A DNA stretch of 64,000 nt from an uncultured Aquimarina sp. (GTDB taxonomy: Bacteria > Bacteroidota > Bacteroidia > Flavobacteriales > Flavobacteriaceae): positions 360 through 64,359 of the forward strand of contig CANLYR010000022.1 of the NCBI GenBank assembly GCA_947495425.1, read 5' to 3'. The notes under the pieces were generated by a model that saw only the letters and a program-made list of their open reading frames with translations, was not told the DNA's origin and made no database searches. The position numbers were made by a program, and so were the translations under genes. Below, piece after piece: positions 50,888 to 61,673 of the stretch; within the stretch, counting starts at the first letter, position 1; the number at the start of each line of letters is the position of its first letter.

Positions 50888-51283
50888 TTAATAACTATTT
50901 GGAGGATCTCCTGCTCCTGCTCCATTATAAGCAGCAATTTTGTAATTATTAGGCGCATTGTCAAAACCTTTCCCCATTCCACCAGGAGGTGCTCCAGTTG
51001 GTGATAGAAACACAGTTGAGTACCCTTTTTCCATTTTACATTTTTCTTTTGGATATGCTCCAAAATATAACCTAATCCCAGGATTATCAATCCCTTGCTT
51101 TCTGGATTGCTTTTTTACGTATTTGAGGTATTCTTCTAATTCTTCTACACTCCACCAAAACTCACGGGTGTCTTGAAAACCAATACATTTATCAATTTCT
51201 GGAGTTCTAGTACAACACCAAGTATCCTGCAATTCTCTTGCTTCCTCTACACTAATACATTTTTCTGGTACTTTTTTTGCCAT
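50888..51283 (-). CDS. small cytoplasmic protein leading the HK/RR cassette
   Basis: 131 aa, no signal peptide; IS.EEA.EL...W, WWS.EEL..YL, GIRLYFGAY, C-terminal NGAGAGDPPNSY. Confidence 0.85.
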   Translation of the reverse strand: MAKKVPEKCISVEEARELQDTWCCTRTPEIDKCIGFQDTREFWWSVEELEEYLKYVKKQSRKQGIDNPGIRLYFGAYPKEKCKMEKGYSTVFLSPTGAPPGGMGKGFDNAPNNYKIAAYNGAGAGDPPNSY

Positions 51284-51447
51284 GACAAAATTTATTTTAA
51301 GTTTATTGCTTGCTAATATATCTAATAAAGCACCATTACAGCAAATCTATACCCCCTTATTCTTTGCTGTTTTATGGTAAAACAGTAATACAAGTTCAGT
51401 AACTACTGATCATTTGAGAAATAAAAAAAAATAAAAAAAATAACACT

Positions 51448-51488
51448 AGGGGATTTTCCCCCTGTGGTCTTAAGGGGGTTTTTCCCCT
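51448..51488. promoter_or_regulatory. twin palindromic boxes AGGGG-N6-CCCCT
   Basis: AGGGGATTTTCCCCCT (51448-51463) and AGGGGGTTTTTCCCCT (51473-51488), 25 bp apart, upstream of the 51283 start. Confidence 0.6.
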
Positions 51489-51588
51489 ACACTTTTTCGT
51501 TTTCTGATTTCAAGCCCGATATAACATAAGTGTTCATATAAAAATTAGATATTCAAATAAAGATAGCGCTACAGTGTATTCTTTACGA

Positions 51589-52443
51589 TTACTCTGCTAA
51601 TCTAAATCTAAATTTCTCTCCTGTTCGTTTCTGTGCAATACAATTTATAGCATCTTCACTTAATTGAAGTACTCTAGGATACCCGCCTGTGGTTTGACAA
51701 TCACGCATCAATACAATCAAACTACCAGATGGTGTTAGCTGTACTGTACCCGGTAATACGGGTGAGGTAATTATAACCGGTAATATATTAGGCAATTTCT
51801 CTTCTAATTGGATAGCCATACGATTTAATGTTTTCGAAATCGTAAATTGAGAAGAAAACAAATTAGATTTTTGCTCTTTGGATAAATTATCAAACTCTAC
51901 ACCTTTAAACACTTTTAACTCCTTAGATTCATCTACAGATGATGTTACAGAAAGACTGGAGAATTGTTTACCTACATGATCCGTTATACTAAAAGCAATT
52001 TTATCGTTCTTTTTTAATGATGATGTTTGTGTAACGGGATTAAGAAAAGAGCTGCTCCTCAATACTTTTAATGACAAAAAACCATCTTTAATTCCTACAT
52101 ATCCATACACTCCCTTCTTACAAAAACTCATAGTGATTATATCATTTTTTTTAACCGCAATTTGATGATACATCTTTACTTTTTGATCATTCAAAAAAAT
52201 ATCGACTTCTCCACCTGTAATACAAATTAGTGCTGTATCGTTGAACTCTAAAGTGGGAGGCTTGAATACCCATTCGATACAAGCAACATTTGGGGTGTTT
52301 CCTAATAGTGAATTTGCAAATTGATAAGAAGTTGTATCCATTGCGCCACTCCTTGGCACTCCATATTTTGAAAAACCAATACGTCCTTCGTCTTGTATTG
52401 TAGAAAAAAAACCTGGATCGATTATTGTTACTTCCCCAGTCAT
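51589..52443 (-). CDS. pxpC: 5-oxoprolinase subunit C
   Basis: TIQD.GR.G....GVP.SGAMD, PGTVQ..PSG..IVLM.D.QTTGGYP. Confidence 0.92.
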   Translation of the reverse strand: MTGEVTIIDPGFFSTIQDEGRIGFSKYGVPRSGAMDTTSYQFANSLLGNTPNVACIEWVFKPPTLEFNDTALICITGGEVDIFLNDQKVKMYHQIAVKKNDIITMSFCKKGVYGYVGIKDGFLSLKVLRSSSFLNPVTQTSSLKKNDKIAFSITDHVGKQFSSLSVTSSVDESKELKVFKGVEFDNLSKEQKSNLFSSQFTISKTLNRMAIQLEEKLPNILPVIITSPVLPGTVQLTPSGSLIVLMRDCQTTGGYPRVLQLSEDAINCIAQKRTGEKFRFRLAE

Positions 52444-53165
52444 AAAAGAATAGATTCTAATTCATAGGCACCTTCTAAAACCCTAGCACCGATATCGTTA
52501 TATTTATTTTTATCAATCGATAAAAATTGAATCTTATCACCTGGTTTAGCAAAGCAAGGGGTGTCAAATTTTGGATCAAAAAAAGATAAGGGACAGCTCC
52601 CAATAACATGCCACCCACCCGGACTATCTATTGGGTAAATTCCTGTTTGATTTCCACCAATGGCAACCGATCCTTTTTTAACTTTCAAAGTCGGTGTACT
52701 TTTTCTTGGTAAATACAGTTTATCATCAAGACCTCCCAAATACAAAAAACCAGGTAAAAAGCCTATAAAATACACTGTATATATTGTTGCTGAGTGTAGT
52801 GCGATTACCTGATCAATTGTAAGTGATTTTTCTATGGAAAATTGTTGTAAATCTGCAGCCATCGAAGTAGCATAGCAAACAGGAATCTTCCATAATCTAT
52901 TCGCTAGTCTTTCTGACTTTGAACGTGTTACATACAGTGATTTTAAATCTAAAACACTATCATAGATATTCTCTATAGCTGATATATAACAAACTAGTAA
53001 TGAGTTGTATGAAGAAATTACCTCAACAATTGATTTACCATGATTTGTTTCTATGTTTTTTTTAAAAGAAAGTAGATCATCAAGTATTTTTTCATCTACT
53101 TGAGAAGGCCAATTGATCAGAATTGTACGTTCTGAATATTGTTTATATTGTAGTTCAAACTTCAT
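52440..53165 (-). CDS. pxpB: 5-oxoprolinase subunit B
   Basis: IPVCY, Y.VYFIGFLPGF.YL, GSVAIGG.QTGIYP..SPGGW. Confidence 0.93.
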   Translation of the reverse strand: MKFELQYKQYSERTILINWPSQVDEKILDDLLSFKKNIETNHGKSIVEVISSYNSLLVCYISAIENIYDSVLDLKSLYVTRSKSERLANRLWKIPVCYATSMAADLQQFSIEKSLTIDQVIALHSATIYTVYFIGFLPGFLYLGGLDDKLYLPRKSTPTLKVKKGSVAIGGNQTGIYPIDSPGGWHVIGSCPLSFFDPKFDTPCFAKPGDKIQFLSIDKNKYNDIGARVLEGAYELESILL

Positions 53166-53174
53166 AAATTTAAT

Positions 53175-53903
53175 TTAAAAAACAAAGCCTAAATCAGAAA
53201 ATTTTTCACAAAGATATTTCAAAATTTCAACTGCATTAGGATGATCACCATGCATACAAATCGTGTCAAAAAAAACTGGTTTCACCGCTCCACTTCGCGT
53301 TTTAATTTCACGATCAGAAACCATTTTGAAAACATGATCAAAAACTTCTTTTGGAGTTGTGATTATTGCTCCATTTTCTGATCGAGAAACTAGGGTCAGA
53401 TCGTCATTATAATTACGATCTGCAAAAGCTTCATATTTCACACCTACTCCATCACCACATAGGTTAGATAACTCAGATTTTTGTAATGTAATTACATATG
53501 AACTTTTATCGATATTTTTTATTGCTTCAATAATGGCAGAAGCAATTTTTTTGTTTTTTACAGCATCATTATAAAGTGCTCCATGTGGTTTTACATGATG
53601 CAACTGAGTTCCCGCTTCTTCTGCATAAGCCTTTACTTTTTGAATTTGATGAGTAATTGTTTTTACCAAATCTTCATATGAGATATCTACACTAATTCTA
53701 CCAAAATTATCACGATCAGGATATGAAGGATGCGCACCTATTTTCACATTATGATGCATCGCTAAGGCTATAGTTTTCTTAATCACTTGATCATTACCTG
53801 CATGCGCCCCACAAGCTATATTGCACCATGAGATATAAGGCATGATCTCTTTATCGAAATCAGCTTCCTCGCCTACATCTGCATTAAGTATTATACTTCT
53901 CAT
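53175..53903 (-). CDS. pxpA: 5-oxoprolinase subunit A (LamB/YcsF)
   Basis: LNAD.GE, NIACG.HAG, GAHPSYPDR..FGR, HVKPHGALYN, TIC.HGD. Confidence 0.93.
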   Translation of the reverse strand: MRSIILNADVGEEADFDKEIMPYISWCNIACGAHAGNDQVIKKTIALAMHHNVKIGAHPSYPDRDNFGRISVDISYEDLVKTITHQIQKVKAYAEEAGTQLHHVKPHGALYNDAVKNKKIASAIIEAIKNIDKSSYVITLQKSELSNLCGDGVGVKYEAFADRNYNDDLTLVSRSENGAIITTPKEVFDHVFKMVSDREIKTRSGAVKPVFFDTICMHGDHPNAVEILKYLCEKFSDLGFVF

Positions 53904-53929
53904 TTTCTTACAAATCACATATATTTTAC

Positions 53930-55150
53930 TTACAAGTTTAAAAAGACCTTCCAAATACTTCTAAGCCCAAGAAAAAGTGTTATCCCCAGTATCAAAATCC
54001 CAACTGCATTTTGTTTCCATGAATTGGTGTACTTTCCTAAAAGATGTTCTCTATTCATTACCCATAGAAGAAACCCTGCTATTATTGGTAATAAAAGTCC
54101 GTTTGCTACTTGTGCAAATTGAATAATTTCTATTGATTTTATGTCCAGGGATGAGAATACTACTCCCAAAAAAAGAATGAACATCCAAACGAATCTAAAA
54201 CTTGCACTTTTTAATCCTCCATTCCATCCCATACACCCCTTTACCACATAAGCAGCTGCTAATGGAGCGGTAATTGCCGAAGTGATCCCCGCAGCAAAAA
54301 GCCCAATTGAAAGCACATATTTTGCAGCAGATCCAAACACCGGCTCCAAACTTTTTGCTAAATCTGCAGCGTTACTCACCTCGGTCCCTTGTATTGCTGC
54401 ACCTGTGATTACAATAGCCATAGACATTAATCCTCCGGCTATAATCGCTACAATGGTATCTTTTCTAGCTAAGGGTAACTCGTTTGGGGTTTTCCATTTT
54501 TCTTTTACTAAAGAGGCGTGCAAGAATACATTATAGGGCACCACTGTAGTGCCAATCAATCCTATAATCATAAATAATTTCTCTGATTCAAAACCAGGTA
54601 CAAATCCCTTAACAATCAAAGAAAGATCAGGTTTTGTAACGATAGCTGTAATAATAAAAGCCAAACTCATGCCTAATACTAAAACCACCAAACTACGTTC
54701 TAAAACTTTATAATTACCAATATATAAAAGTGTAAAAGCGACTACACCGATTAAAACACTAGCATAATTAAAACTAATACCGCCAATGCTAACGTTTGGA
54801 GCTCCTAAAATAGTGGACAGGCCTAATACACCTCCACTAATATTACCAGCTTCGTACGCAGCGTTACCAATAAAAATTGCCGATATGACTATGCCAATAA
54901 GAATTGATCGTACTATCTTGTTCTCAAATTGAGAAGTAAGCACCTCGCTAAGTCCTTTTTGAGTTACAATACCTAGCCTGGCAGCCATTTCTTGTAAAAA
55001 AATACATGCACCAATAGACAGGGCTAATGCCCACAGTAAGGTAAACCCAAACTGCACTCCTGCCAACGTGCATATAGTAACAGTGCCCGGTCCTATAAAT
55101 GCTGCTGTAATTAATGTACCTGGACCAATATTAGAAAACCATTTTTTCAT
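53930..55150 (-). CDS. NRAMP-family transporter (YcsG-like, probable 5-oxoproline uptake)
   Basis: GPG...AAFIGPG, LQEMAARLG, GTTVVPYN; operonic with pxpABC. Confidence 0.85.
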   Translation of the reverse strand: MKKWFSNIGPGTLITAAFIGPGTVTICTLAGVQFGFTLLWALALSIGACIFLQEMAARLGIVTQKGLSEVLTSQFENKIVRSILIGIVISAIFIGNAAYEAGNISGGVLGLSTILGAPNVSIGGISFNYASVLIGVVAFTLLYIGNYKVLERSLVVLVLGMSLAFIITAIVTKPDLSLIVKGFVPGFESEKLFMIIGLIGTTVVPYNVFLHASLVKEKWKTPNELPLARKDTIVAIIAGGLMSMAIVITGAAIQGTEVSNAADLAKSLEPVFGSAAKYVLSIGLFAAGITSAITAPLAAAYVVKGCMGWNGGLKSASFRFVWMFILFLGVVFSSLDIKSIEIIQFAQVANGLLLPIIAGFLLWVMNREHLLGKYTNSWKQNAVGILILGITLFLGLRSIWKVFLNL

Positions 55151-55267
55151 TAAGATATTTATGTTTTCTAAAAATATTGATTTCTTGAGGTATTAGTATA
55201 GGATTGTTAATAAGATATATGAATAGTTTATAAACTCTTAGCACTACATATTATCAAAATTAATTAC

Positions 55268-56806
55268 CTATCCCAACCATCCATCTCGATCTAAACTCCT
55301 GTATTGAATCGCCTCTGAGATATGATTACCTCCTATATTTTCTACTCCTTCTAAATCTGCTATTGTTCTGGATACTTTGAGTATTCGATCATACGCTCGT
55401 GCAGAGAGATTTAATTGCTCCATAGCCGTTTTAAGTAATTCTTTTGAAGCTTTGTCCAGTGCGCAATGTTTTCGTATTTGTTTTACACTCATTTGCGCAT
55501 TGTAATGAATACTTGACAGCTCTGAAAATCTTTTCGTTTGAATATCTCTTGCTTTGATTACACGTTTTCTAATCTCTACACTCGACTCCCCTCGCCTTTC
55601 TTCGCTAAGCTTATCAAATGGAACCGGTGTTACTTCAATATGAATATCAATTCGATCTAGCAGCGGTCCAGAAATCTTACTAAGATAGCGTTGCATTTCG
55701 GCAGGTGAAGAGGTAACCGGAGCATTTGGGTCATTAAAATAGCCTCCTGGACTGGGGTTCATACTCGCCACCAACATAAAGCTAGAAGGATAAGTAACAG
55801 TAAACTTGGCTCTGGATATGGTAACTTCCCTGTCTTCAAGAGGTTGCCGCATTACTTCTAACACTTCCCTTTTAAATTCTGGTAATTCATCTAGAAATAA
55901 TACTCCGTTATGTGATAAAGAGATTTCTCCTGGTTGTGGATAACTTCCTCCACCAACCAAGGCAACATTAGATATCGTATGGTGAGGACTACGAAAGGGG
56001 CGTTGCGCCATTAACCCAACATTTTCTTTCACTCGACCGACTACGCTATGTATCTTGGTGGTTTCTAGGGCTTCTTGCAACGACATTGGAGGTAAAATAC
56101 TGGGCAATCGCTTGCTTATCATTGTTTTACCACTACCAGGTGGGCCGACCAGTATAATATTGTGTCCGCCTGCAGCAGCGATTTCCATACATCGTTTTAT
56201 GCTTTCCTGCCCTTTTACATCGGCAAAATCAAACTCTGGATTATCGAGCGCAGCATAAAATTCTTCTCTGGTATCAACAACAGTTCTTTGTAATGTTTCT
56301 TTATCATCAAAAAAATCAATTACTTCTTTGATATTTTCTACCCCGTACACCTTAAGATTATCTACTATTGCTGCTTCTTTGGCGTTTTGCTTTGGTAATA
56401 TAAATCCTTTAAAACCTTCCTCTCGTGCCTTGATGGCTATTGGTAATGCTCCTTTGATAGGCTGAAGATTACCATCGAGTGATAGCTCACCCATAATTAA
56501 ATAGTCTGAAATAGTGTCCCCTTTAATTTGCGAACTTGCAGAAAGAATTCCCAAAGCCAGGGTGAGATCATACGCCGAACCTTCTTTCCTTAAATCAGCC
56601 GGAGCCATATTAATGGTAATTTTTTTACCTGGGAGCTTGTATCCATTATTCTGTAGAGCCGCTGCTATTCGATAGCTACTCTCTCGTATTGCATTATCTG
56701 GCAATCCTACGAGATGGTATCCTATTCCGGTAGCAATATTTACCTCTACGGTGATTGTGGTAGCTTCAACACCAAAAACGGCACTTCCAAAGACTTTAAT
56801 TAACAT
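55268..56806 (-). CDS. comM: YifB/ComM Mg-chelatase-like AAA+ ATPase
   Basis: [48 protein letters not shown]. Confidence 0.93.
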   Translation of the reverse strand: MLIKVFGSAVFGVEATTITVEVNIATGIGYHLVGLPDNAIRESSYRIAAALQNNGYKLPGKKITINMAPADLRKEGSAYDLTLALGILSASSQIKGDTISDYLIMGELSLDGNLQPIKGALPIAIKAREEGFKGFILPKQNAKEAAIVDNLKVYGVENIKEVIDFFDDKETLQRTVVDTREEFYAALDNPEFDFADVKGQESIKRCMEIAAAGGHNIILVGPPGSGKTMISKRLPSILPPMSLQEALETTKIHSVVGRVKENVGLMAQRPFRSPHHTISNVALVGGGSYPQPGEISLSHNGVLFLDELPEFKREVLEVMRQPLEDREVTISRAKFTVTYPSSFMLVASMNPSPGGYFNDPNAPVTSSPAEMQRYLSKISGPLLDRIDIHIEVTPVPFDKLSEERRGESSVEIRKRVIKARDIQTKRFSELSSIHYNAQMSVKQIRKHCALDKASKELLKTAMEQLNLSARAYDRILKVSRTIADLEGVENIGGNHISEAIQYRSLDRDGWLG

Positions 56807-56830
56807 ACTTCTGTTTTTTTTGCATAAATG

Positions 56831-56838
56831 CAAAAGTA
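56831..56838 (-). promoter_or_regulatory. Bacteroidota -7 promoter element (TACTTTTG) for comM
   Basis: Exact TAnnTTTG match 25 bp upstream of MLIKVFG; supports the 56806 start. Confidence 0.6.
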
Positions 56839-57190
56839 GAATATTCTAGTTTTAAAAAATGAAACTAGAATTTTGTATGGCACGTAAAATTTTAACAAAA
56901 AAAATTGATGTTTTCTGTAAAGTATTAAATAACTCCACCCAATTAGTCAAGTCAAAAACCTATCAAAACCTCGACAAATTCAGTTTGATAAGAGAGTGAG
57001 TTTTTTAGAAAATCTTTACTTTGAAAGCAAATAAAGCTTGGGGCAAGCTCAAGAGGTAGTTTAAAAATAAGGACACTAAAATTTCGAGCTAAATCTTGCT
57101 GCATTCTGATCTCGATTATAGCGTAAAGCACTTCTCATCTTAATTCATAAGACAAACTACACTCTACAGTAAAAACTATACAAAAAATAA

Positions 57191-58525
57191 CTACGCTACT
57201 ACCCCCTCCTGAATTTGAAATAATTTTTCGTTTAAGAATCGTAGTGTAGGTATCTTGTCTTTGGTATCTACTAGAATAGATATGTTATTATTACTACCGC
57301 CATAAGAAACCATACGAACAGGAATGTAGTTTAGTATTTCAAAAAGGCGATATGAGTTTTTATCATTTATAACAGACTCGCCAACAATACAGATAATACT
57401 GTGTTCTTGTTCTACGGTAACTTCTGCATACCCTTGTATTTCTTTTACAATTTCATCCAGATTGCTTGTATTATCAATGGTTAGTGATATCGCTATTTCT
57501 GAAGTTGTAATCATATCAATAGAGGTATTAAAATTATCGAATACCTCAAATATTCTCCTTAAATATCCATGAGCCATCAACATTCTGTTTGATTTTATCT
57601 TGATCGCCGTAATCCCATCTTTTGCTGATATTGCTTTAAGCCCTTTTTTATATGTCTTATTAGAGATAACAGTACCAGGCGCTTCTGGATCAAAAGTGTT
57701 TTTCAATAGTACCGGAATATCCTTTCCTACTACTGGTGAAACGGTTTGTGGATGAAGAATTTTAGCCCCAAAATAGGCTAACTCTGCAGCTTCATTATAC
57801 GTTAAGTGTGCTATGGGATGTGTTTGATCTACATATCGTGGATCATTATTATGCAATCCATCAATATCAGTCCAAATCTGTACTTCAGACGCATCCAGAG
57901 CCGAACCTATAATTGTAGCCGTATAATCACTACCCCCCCTCTTTAAATGACTAATTTGTCCCGCTTCGTCTCTACAAACAAATCCCTGAGTAATATAAAT
58001 CTTAGATTGAATATTGTCTTCCAGTATTTTGGTTAATTTTTTAGCAACTTTATTAATGTTTGGATTATCAACAGCATCAACATACATAAATTCTTTAGCA
58101 TCCAATAACACGTTAGTTATATTGATTGCATTCAAAAATCCTGAAAAAATATAGGTCAAAAGTGTTTCTCCGTAGGTTACAATTTTTGAATTGACAGTTT
58201 CAGAATATTCCTGGCTAGAAATTTCAAACATCTCAGTAATTATAGCAGAAACCCCATCTTTGAGTGTGTTCTTAACGCCTTGTTCTTCGATTAGCTGATC
58301 TATAACATCATAATGTTTACTTTCTAACTTATGTAAATTTCGCGTTACTGCTTCCGCATCACCATATTTAATGTTTTCTACTAGTCGTAACAGCTGATCT
58401 GTAACTCCAGACATCGCTGAGCATACTACTATTTTATCTTCCTGATCTGCTGTAAGTATTTCTCTAACTCTATGTAAATTTTCAACCGACCCTACAGAAG
58501 TCCCACCAAACTTTAAAATTTTCAT
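57191..58525 (-). CDS. lysC: aspartate kinase
   Basis: KFGGTSVG, VCSAMSGVT, RGGSDY, WTDIDG, AELAYFGAKILHP, ACT domains. Confidence 0.95.
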   Translation of the reverse strand: MKILKFGGTSVGSVENLHRVREILTADQEDKIVVCSAMSGVTDQLLRLVENIKYGDAEAVTRNLHKLESKHYDVIDQLIEEQGVKNTLKDGVSAIITEMFEISSQEYSETVNSKIVTYGETLLTYIFSGFLNAINITNVLLDAKEFMYVDAVDNPNINKVAKKLTKILEDNIQSKIYITQGFVCRDEAGQISHLKRGGSDYTATIIGSALDASEVQIWTDIDGLHNNDPRYVDQTHPIAHLTYNEAAELAYFGAKILHPQTVSPVVGKDIPVLLKNTFDPEAPGTVISNKTYKKGLKAISAKDGITAIKIKSNRMLMAHGYLRRIFEVFDNFNTSIDMITTSEIAISLTIDNTSNLDEIVKEIQGYAEVTVEQEHSIICIVGESVINDKNSYRLFEILNYIPVRMVSYGGSNNNISILVDTKDKIPTLRFLNEKLFQIQEGVVA

Positions 58526-58635
58526 CAATTCTAAATTCTATTATTATTACACTGCATAGTTAATTAATAACATACAAAGAATAAATATTTTAAAATAAAA
58601 TATGTAAATTAGCACAATATGTTAAATATATAACA

Positions 58636-59280
58636 ATGAAAACTATTACAGACTGTGTTCACAACATTCTTCGCCATCAACCTTTTCTTGAAGATGCGTT
58701 ATCACGAGATATTATAAATTTTAGCTCTCTGGCTACAGATTTACTCCCACAAGTAGAGAAAATAATGAGGAAACCTGTGAAATCAGGTTCTATAGTTATG
58801 GCGCTACGCCGATATAATCCCAAAAGGATTAAATACATTGACAATTTAAGAAACTTAGGAGATATTGTAGTACGATCGGGTATCACCGAATATACCTTCT
58901 TAAACTCTAATACCATTCTCACCAGCCAGACTAATCTTTTGCATAGTGTAAAAAATGAAGCTAAGGCATATTTTACCTATTCTAGTAATTTTCAGGAAAG
59001 TAATATATTGGTAACTTCCTCTCTTAAAGATATTGTAGAGAAGCATTTCAAAGGTGAAACTTGTATTTCTGTAGCTGATAATCTTTCTTCTATGTCCATT
59101 GCGCTACCCGAAGACAACTCTAAATCTATAGGACTATACTTTTATATTTTTAAATTACTAGCTTATGAGGGTATTCCTGTTTTTGAAGTCATTTCTACCT
59201 CTAATTATTTCACACTATTTTTGGAAAAAGAGCATGTAAACAAGGCTTTTTTATTAATGAATGAGATAAAAGAAGATTAA
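58636..59280 (+). CDS. ACT-domain protein with helical/HTH-like N-terminus, divergent from lysC
   Basis: PFL...L...IINFSSLA...VK.GSI.MAL.RY N-terminus; C-terminal ACT G....IF..LA..GI.V.EVIST. Confidence 0.8.
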   Translation: MKTITDCVHNILRHQPFLEDALSRDIINFSSLATDLLPQVEKIMRKPVKSGSIVMALRRYNPKRIKYIDNLRNLGDIVVRSGITEYTFLNSNTILTSQTNLLHSVKNEAKAYFTYSSNFQESNILVTSSLKDIVEKHFKGETCISVADNLSSMSIALPEDNSKSIGLYFYIFKLLAYEGIPVFEVISTSNYFTLFLEKEHVNKAFLLMNEIKED

Positions 59281-59352
59281 GTAATCAATCTTTACATAAC
59301 CAAAAATCAAAACTCGCTGTGTCTGCCTAATGTAGGATTATCAAGTAAAAAC

Positions 59353-59378
59353 AAAAAACCCTGCTTATAAACAGGGTT
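59353..59378 (-). terminator. intrinsic terminator (M13 peptidase; possibly bidirectional)
   Basis: Minus strand AACCCTG-TTTATAAG-CAGGGTT-TTTT. Confidence 0.7.
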
Positions 59379-59405
59379 AGTTTTGACCAATGCTTTTTTA
59401 CTTCA

Positions 59406-61475
59406 TTACCATATGTGTACTCTTTTCTCTGGTGTAAGGTACATTGTATCTCCTTCTTTAATATCGAATGCTGTATAAAAAGCTTCAATATTTAGTAATG
59501 GCTGAATTGCTCTTGTAGCTCCTGGGGAATGTGGATCTGTTTTTATTTGGGTTCTCAAAGCATCTTCTCTGGATTTTGTTCTCCATACCGTAGCCCAAGA
59601 CATAAAAAATCGTTGTTCTGCAGTAAATCCGTCGATATCTTCTGGTCTACCATGTTCTTCAAAATTCATTTGTAATCCATCATACGCACCTAATACCCCA
59701 CCTAAATCTCCGATATTTTCTCCAAGAGTAAACTTACCGTTGATAAAAACACTATCCAATACTTCTATGGCGCTATACTGTTCTGCTAATGCATTTCCTC
59801 TTTCTGTAAATTTCTGAAGATCATCTTCTGACCACCAGTTAGATAAGTTTCCATTAGCATCAAAACGTGCTCCAGAATCATCAAATGCATGTGATATTTC
59901 ATGACCGATTACCGCTCCTATACCTCCATAATTAACCGCATCGTCTGCCATGTAATTATAAAAAGGAGGTTGCAGAATCGCTGCAGGGAATACAATTTCA
60001 TTAAATAATGGATTGAAATAAGCATCAACGGTTTGAGGAGACATGTCCCACTCTGTTTTGTCTACTGGTTCACCTATTTCCGCTATATTTTTCTTAAACG
60101 ACCATTCTGTTACCGCAATCATATTCTCAAAATTAGAATTTCCTTCTTTGACCTCTAATGCCGAATAATCTTCCCATGTATCTGGATATCCAATTTTCAC
60201 TGTAAACTTATCAAGTTTTTCTATTGCTCTAGTTTTAGTACTGTCGTTCATCCAATCTAATTTTTCTATTCTTTTTTGATACGCTTTAATGATATTTGCG
60301 ATCATTTTTTCAGCTTTAGCTTTGGCTTCTGGCGGAAATTTAGCATCAACATATAATTGCCCGATGGCTTCGCCTACAGATCTGTTTACATTAGACAAGG
60401 CACGCTCTTCTAAGGGGCGCTGTTTTTTTGCTCCTCTAAGTGTTTTACTATAGAAATCCCAATTTGCTTTATCGATATCTGTAGAAAGGGAGCTTGTCGC
60501 ATTATTTAATGTCGACCAGCGCATTACGGTTTTTAGATCTTCTAGGTTTGTATTTGTTAATATTTCTTGTAGCGCTTTCATGTACTTAGGCTGCATAACA
60601 ATTACAGTATCGAGTTGTTTCTTCACCCCTAGTTCTGTCATTAACTTATTCCAGTTTATTGCCGGAGTTATTTTTGAAAGTTCTGTAACAGCCATTGGAT
60701 TATTAAAATTGCGAACATCACGGCTTTGAACTTTGTCCAGTCTTGGCTCTGCTAATTTGGTTTCGATATCCAAAATAGTGGCAGCAGCTTTGCTAGCCTG
60801 ATCCTTAGAATCACCTAAGAATTGAAGCATTCTAGTGATATGATCAACGTACTGCACTCTAATTTCTTTTGATTTTTCATCTTGGTCCAAATAGTAGTCG
60901 CGTTCTGGCAACCCTAAATCTGCGGTAGCGATGTAAGGAGCATTAATCTCACTATTACTTAAATCCGGAAAAGAAACTAATCCAACGTATGGTGAAGATA
61001 TTGCTGATTCTGTAGCAAGTACGGTTTGCAAATCTTCGATTGTCTTAATTGAAGCAATTTTATCTAATGCTGATTGCAGCGGTGTTACTCCTGCTTTATC
61101 TCTGGCTACAGTATCCATTATAGACTCAAAAATCAATAATGCTTTGTGTTGATCTGTATCGCTAGCGTACTTTCCACTAGATTTTGCTTCTTCAATAATG
61201 TCAAGTACATCATCGTCGGTTTTCTTTCTCAAAACACCAAAGCCTCCCCAACTAGTTCTATCTTCGGGGATTTCAGTTGTTTTCATCCAATTACCATTTA
61301 CATAATTGTAGAAATCATCTTTAGGGCTAATACTAGTATCCATATTTTCAAGTACTATTCCAGGTATTTTTTCTACTTCAGCTACATCTTTATCTTCCTT
61401 AGTTTCATTTTTACAACTCACAAAAGCAAGAACAAATGCAGCTAAAAAATATAGATTTTTCATTTTTATATTCAT
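59406..61475 (-). CDS. M13 family metallopeptidase (PepO/neprilysin-like) lipoprotein
   Basis: FVSC lipobox, DDFY.YVNG.W, VDAY, IVFPAAILQPP, HEISH zinc motif, GENIGD, DPHSP. Confidence 0.95.
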   Translation of the reverse strand: MNIKMKNLYFLAAFVLAFVSCKNETKEDKDVAEVEKIPGIVLENMDTSISPKDDFYNYVNGNWMKTTEIPEDRTSWGGFGVLRKKTDDDVLDIIEEAKSSGKYASDTDQHKALLIFESIMDTVARDKAGVTPLQSALDKIASIKTIEDLQTVLATESAISSPYVGLVSFPDLSNSEINAPYIATADLGLPERDYYLDQDEKSKEIRVQYVDHITRMLQFLGDSKDQASKAAATILDIETKLAEPRLDKVQSRDVRNFNNPMAVTELSKITPAINWNKLMTELGVKKQLDTVIVMQPKYMKALQEILTNTNLEDLKTVMRWSTLNNATSSLSTDIDKANWDFYSKTLRGAKKQRPLEERALSNVNRSVGEAIGQLYVDAKFPPEAKAKAEKMIANIIKAYQKRIEKLDWMNDSTKTRAIEKLDKFTVKIGYPDTWEDYSALEVKEGNSNFENMIAVTEWSFKKNIAEIGEPVDKTEWDMSPQTVDAYFNPLFNEIVFPAAILQPPFYNYMADDAVNYGGIGAVIGHEISHAFDDSGARFDANGNLSNWWSEDDLQKFTERGNALAEQYSAIEVLDSVFINGKFTLGENIGDLGGVLGAYDGLQMNFEEHGRPEDIDGFTAEQRFFMSWATVWRTKSREDALRTQIKTDPHSPGATRAIQPLLNIEAFYTAFDIKEGDTMYLTPEKRVHIW

Positions 61476-61673
61476 TCTATTATTATATTAAGATTAGTTA
61501 TTAGGGATACGACGCAAAAATTGAGAATTCGTTACAAATAATAAGCATACAATTTATAGAAATTGAAGAGTGCTTCGAGAATAAAGATCATTTTTTAACT
61601 AAAAAACAACAAAAACATTGGTAATCACTTTATTAAATTGGTAATTGATATACTATTTTTAATAGTGCAGGTG

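Noticed and set aside
56950..57125. Degenerate repeat-like sequence between comM and lysC
   Set aside because: It hints at decayed REP elements (AAACCTCGACA also occurs at ~42286), but is too eroded to define.
58526..58635. Lysine riboswitch upstream of lysC
   Set aside because: The gap is only ~110 bp, extremely AT-rich and lacks L-box structure.
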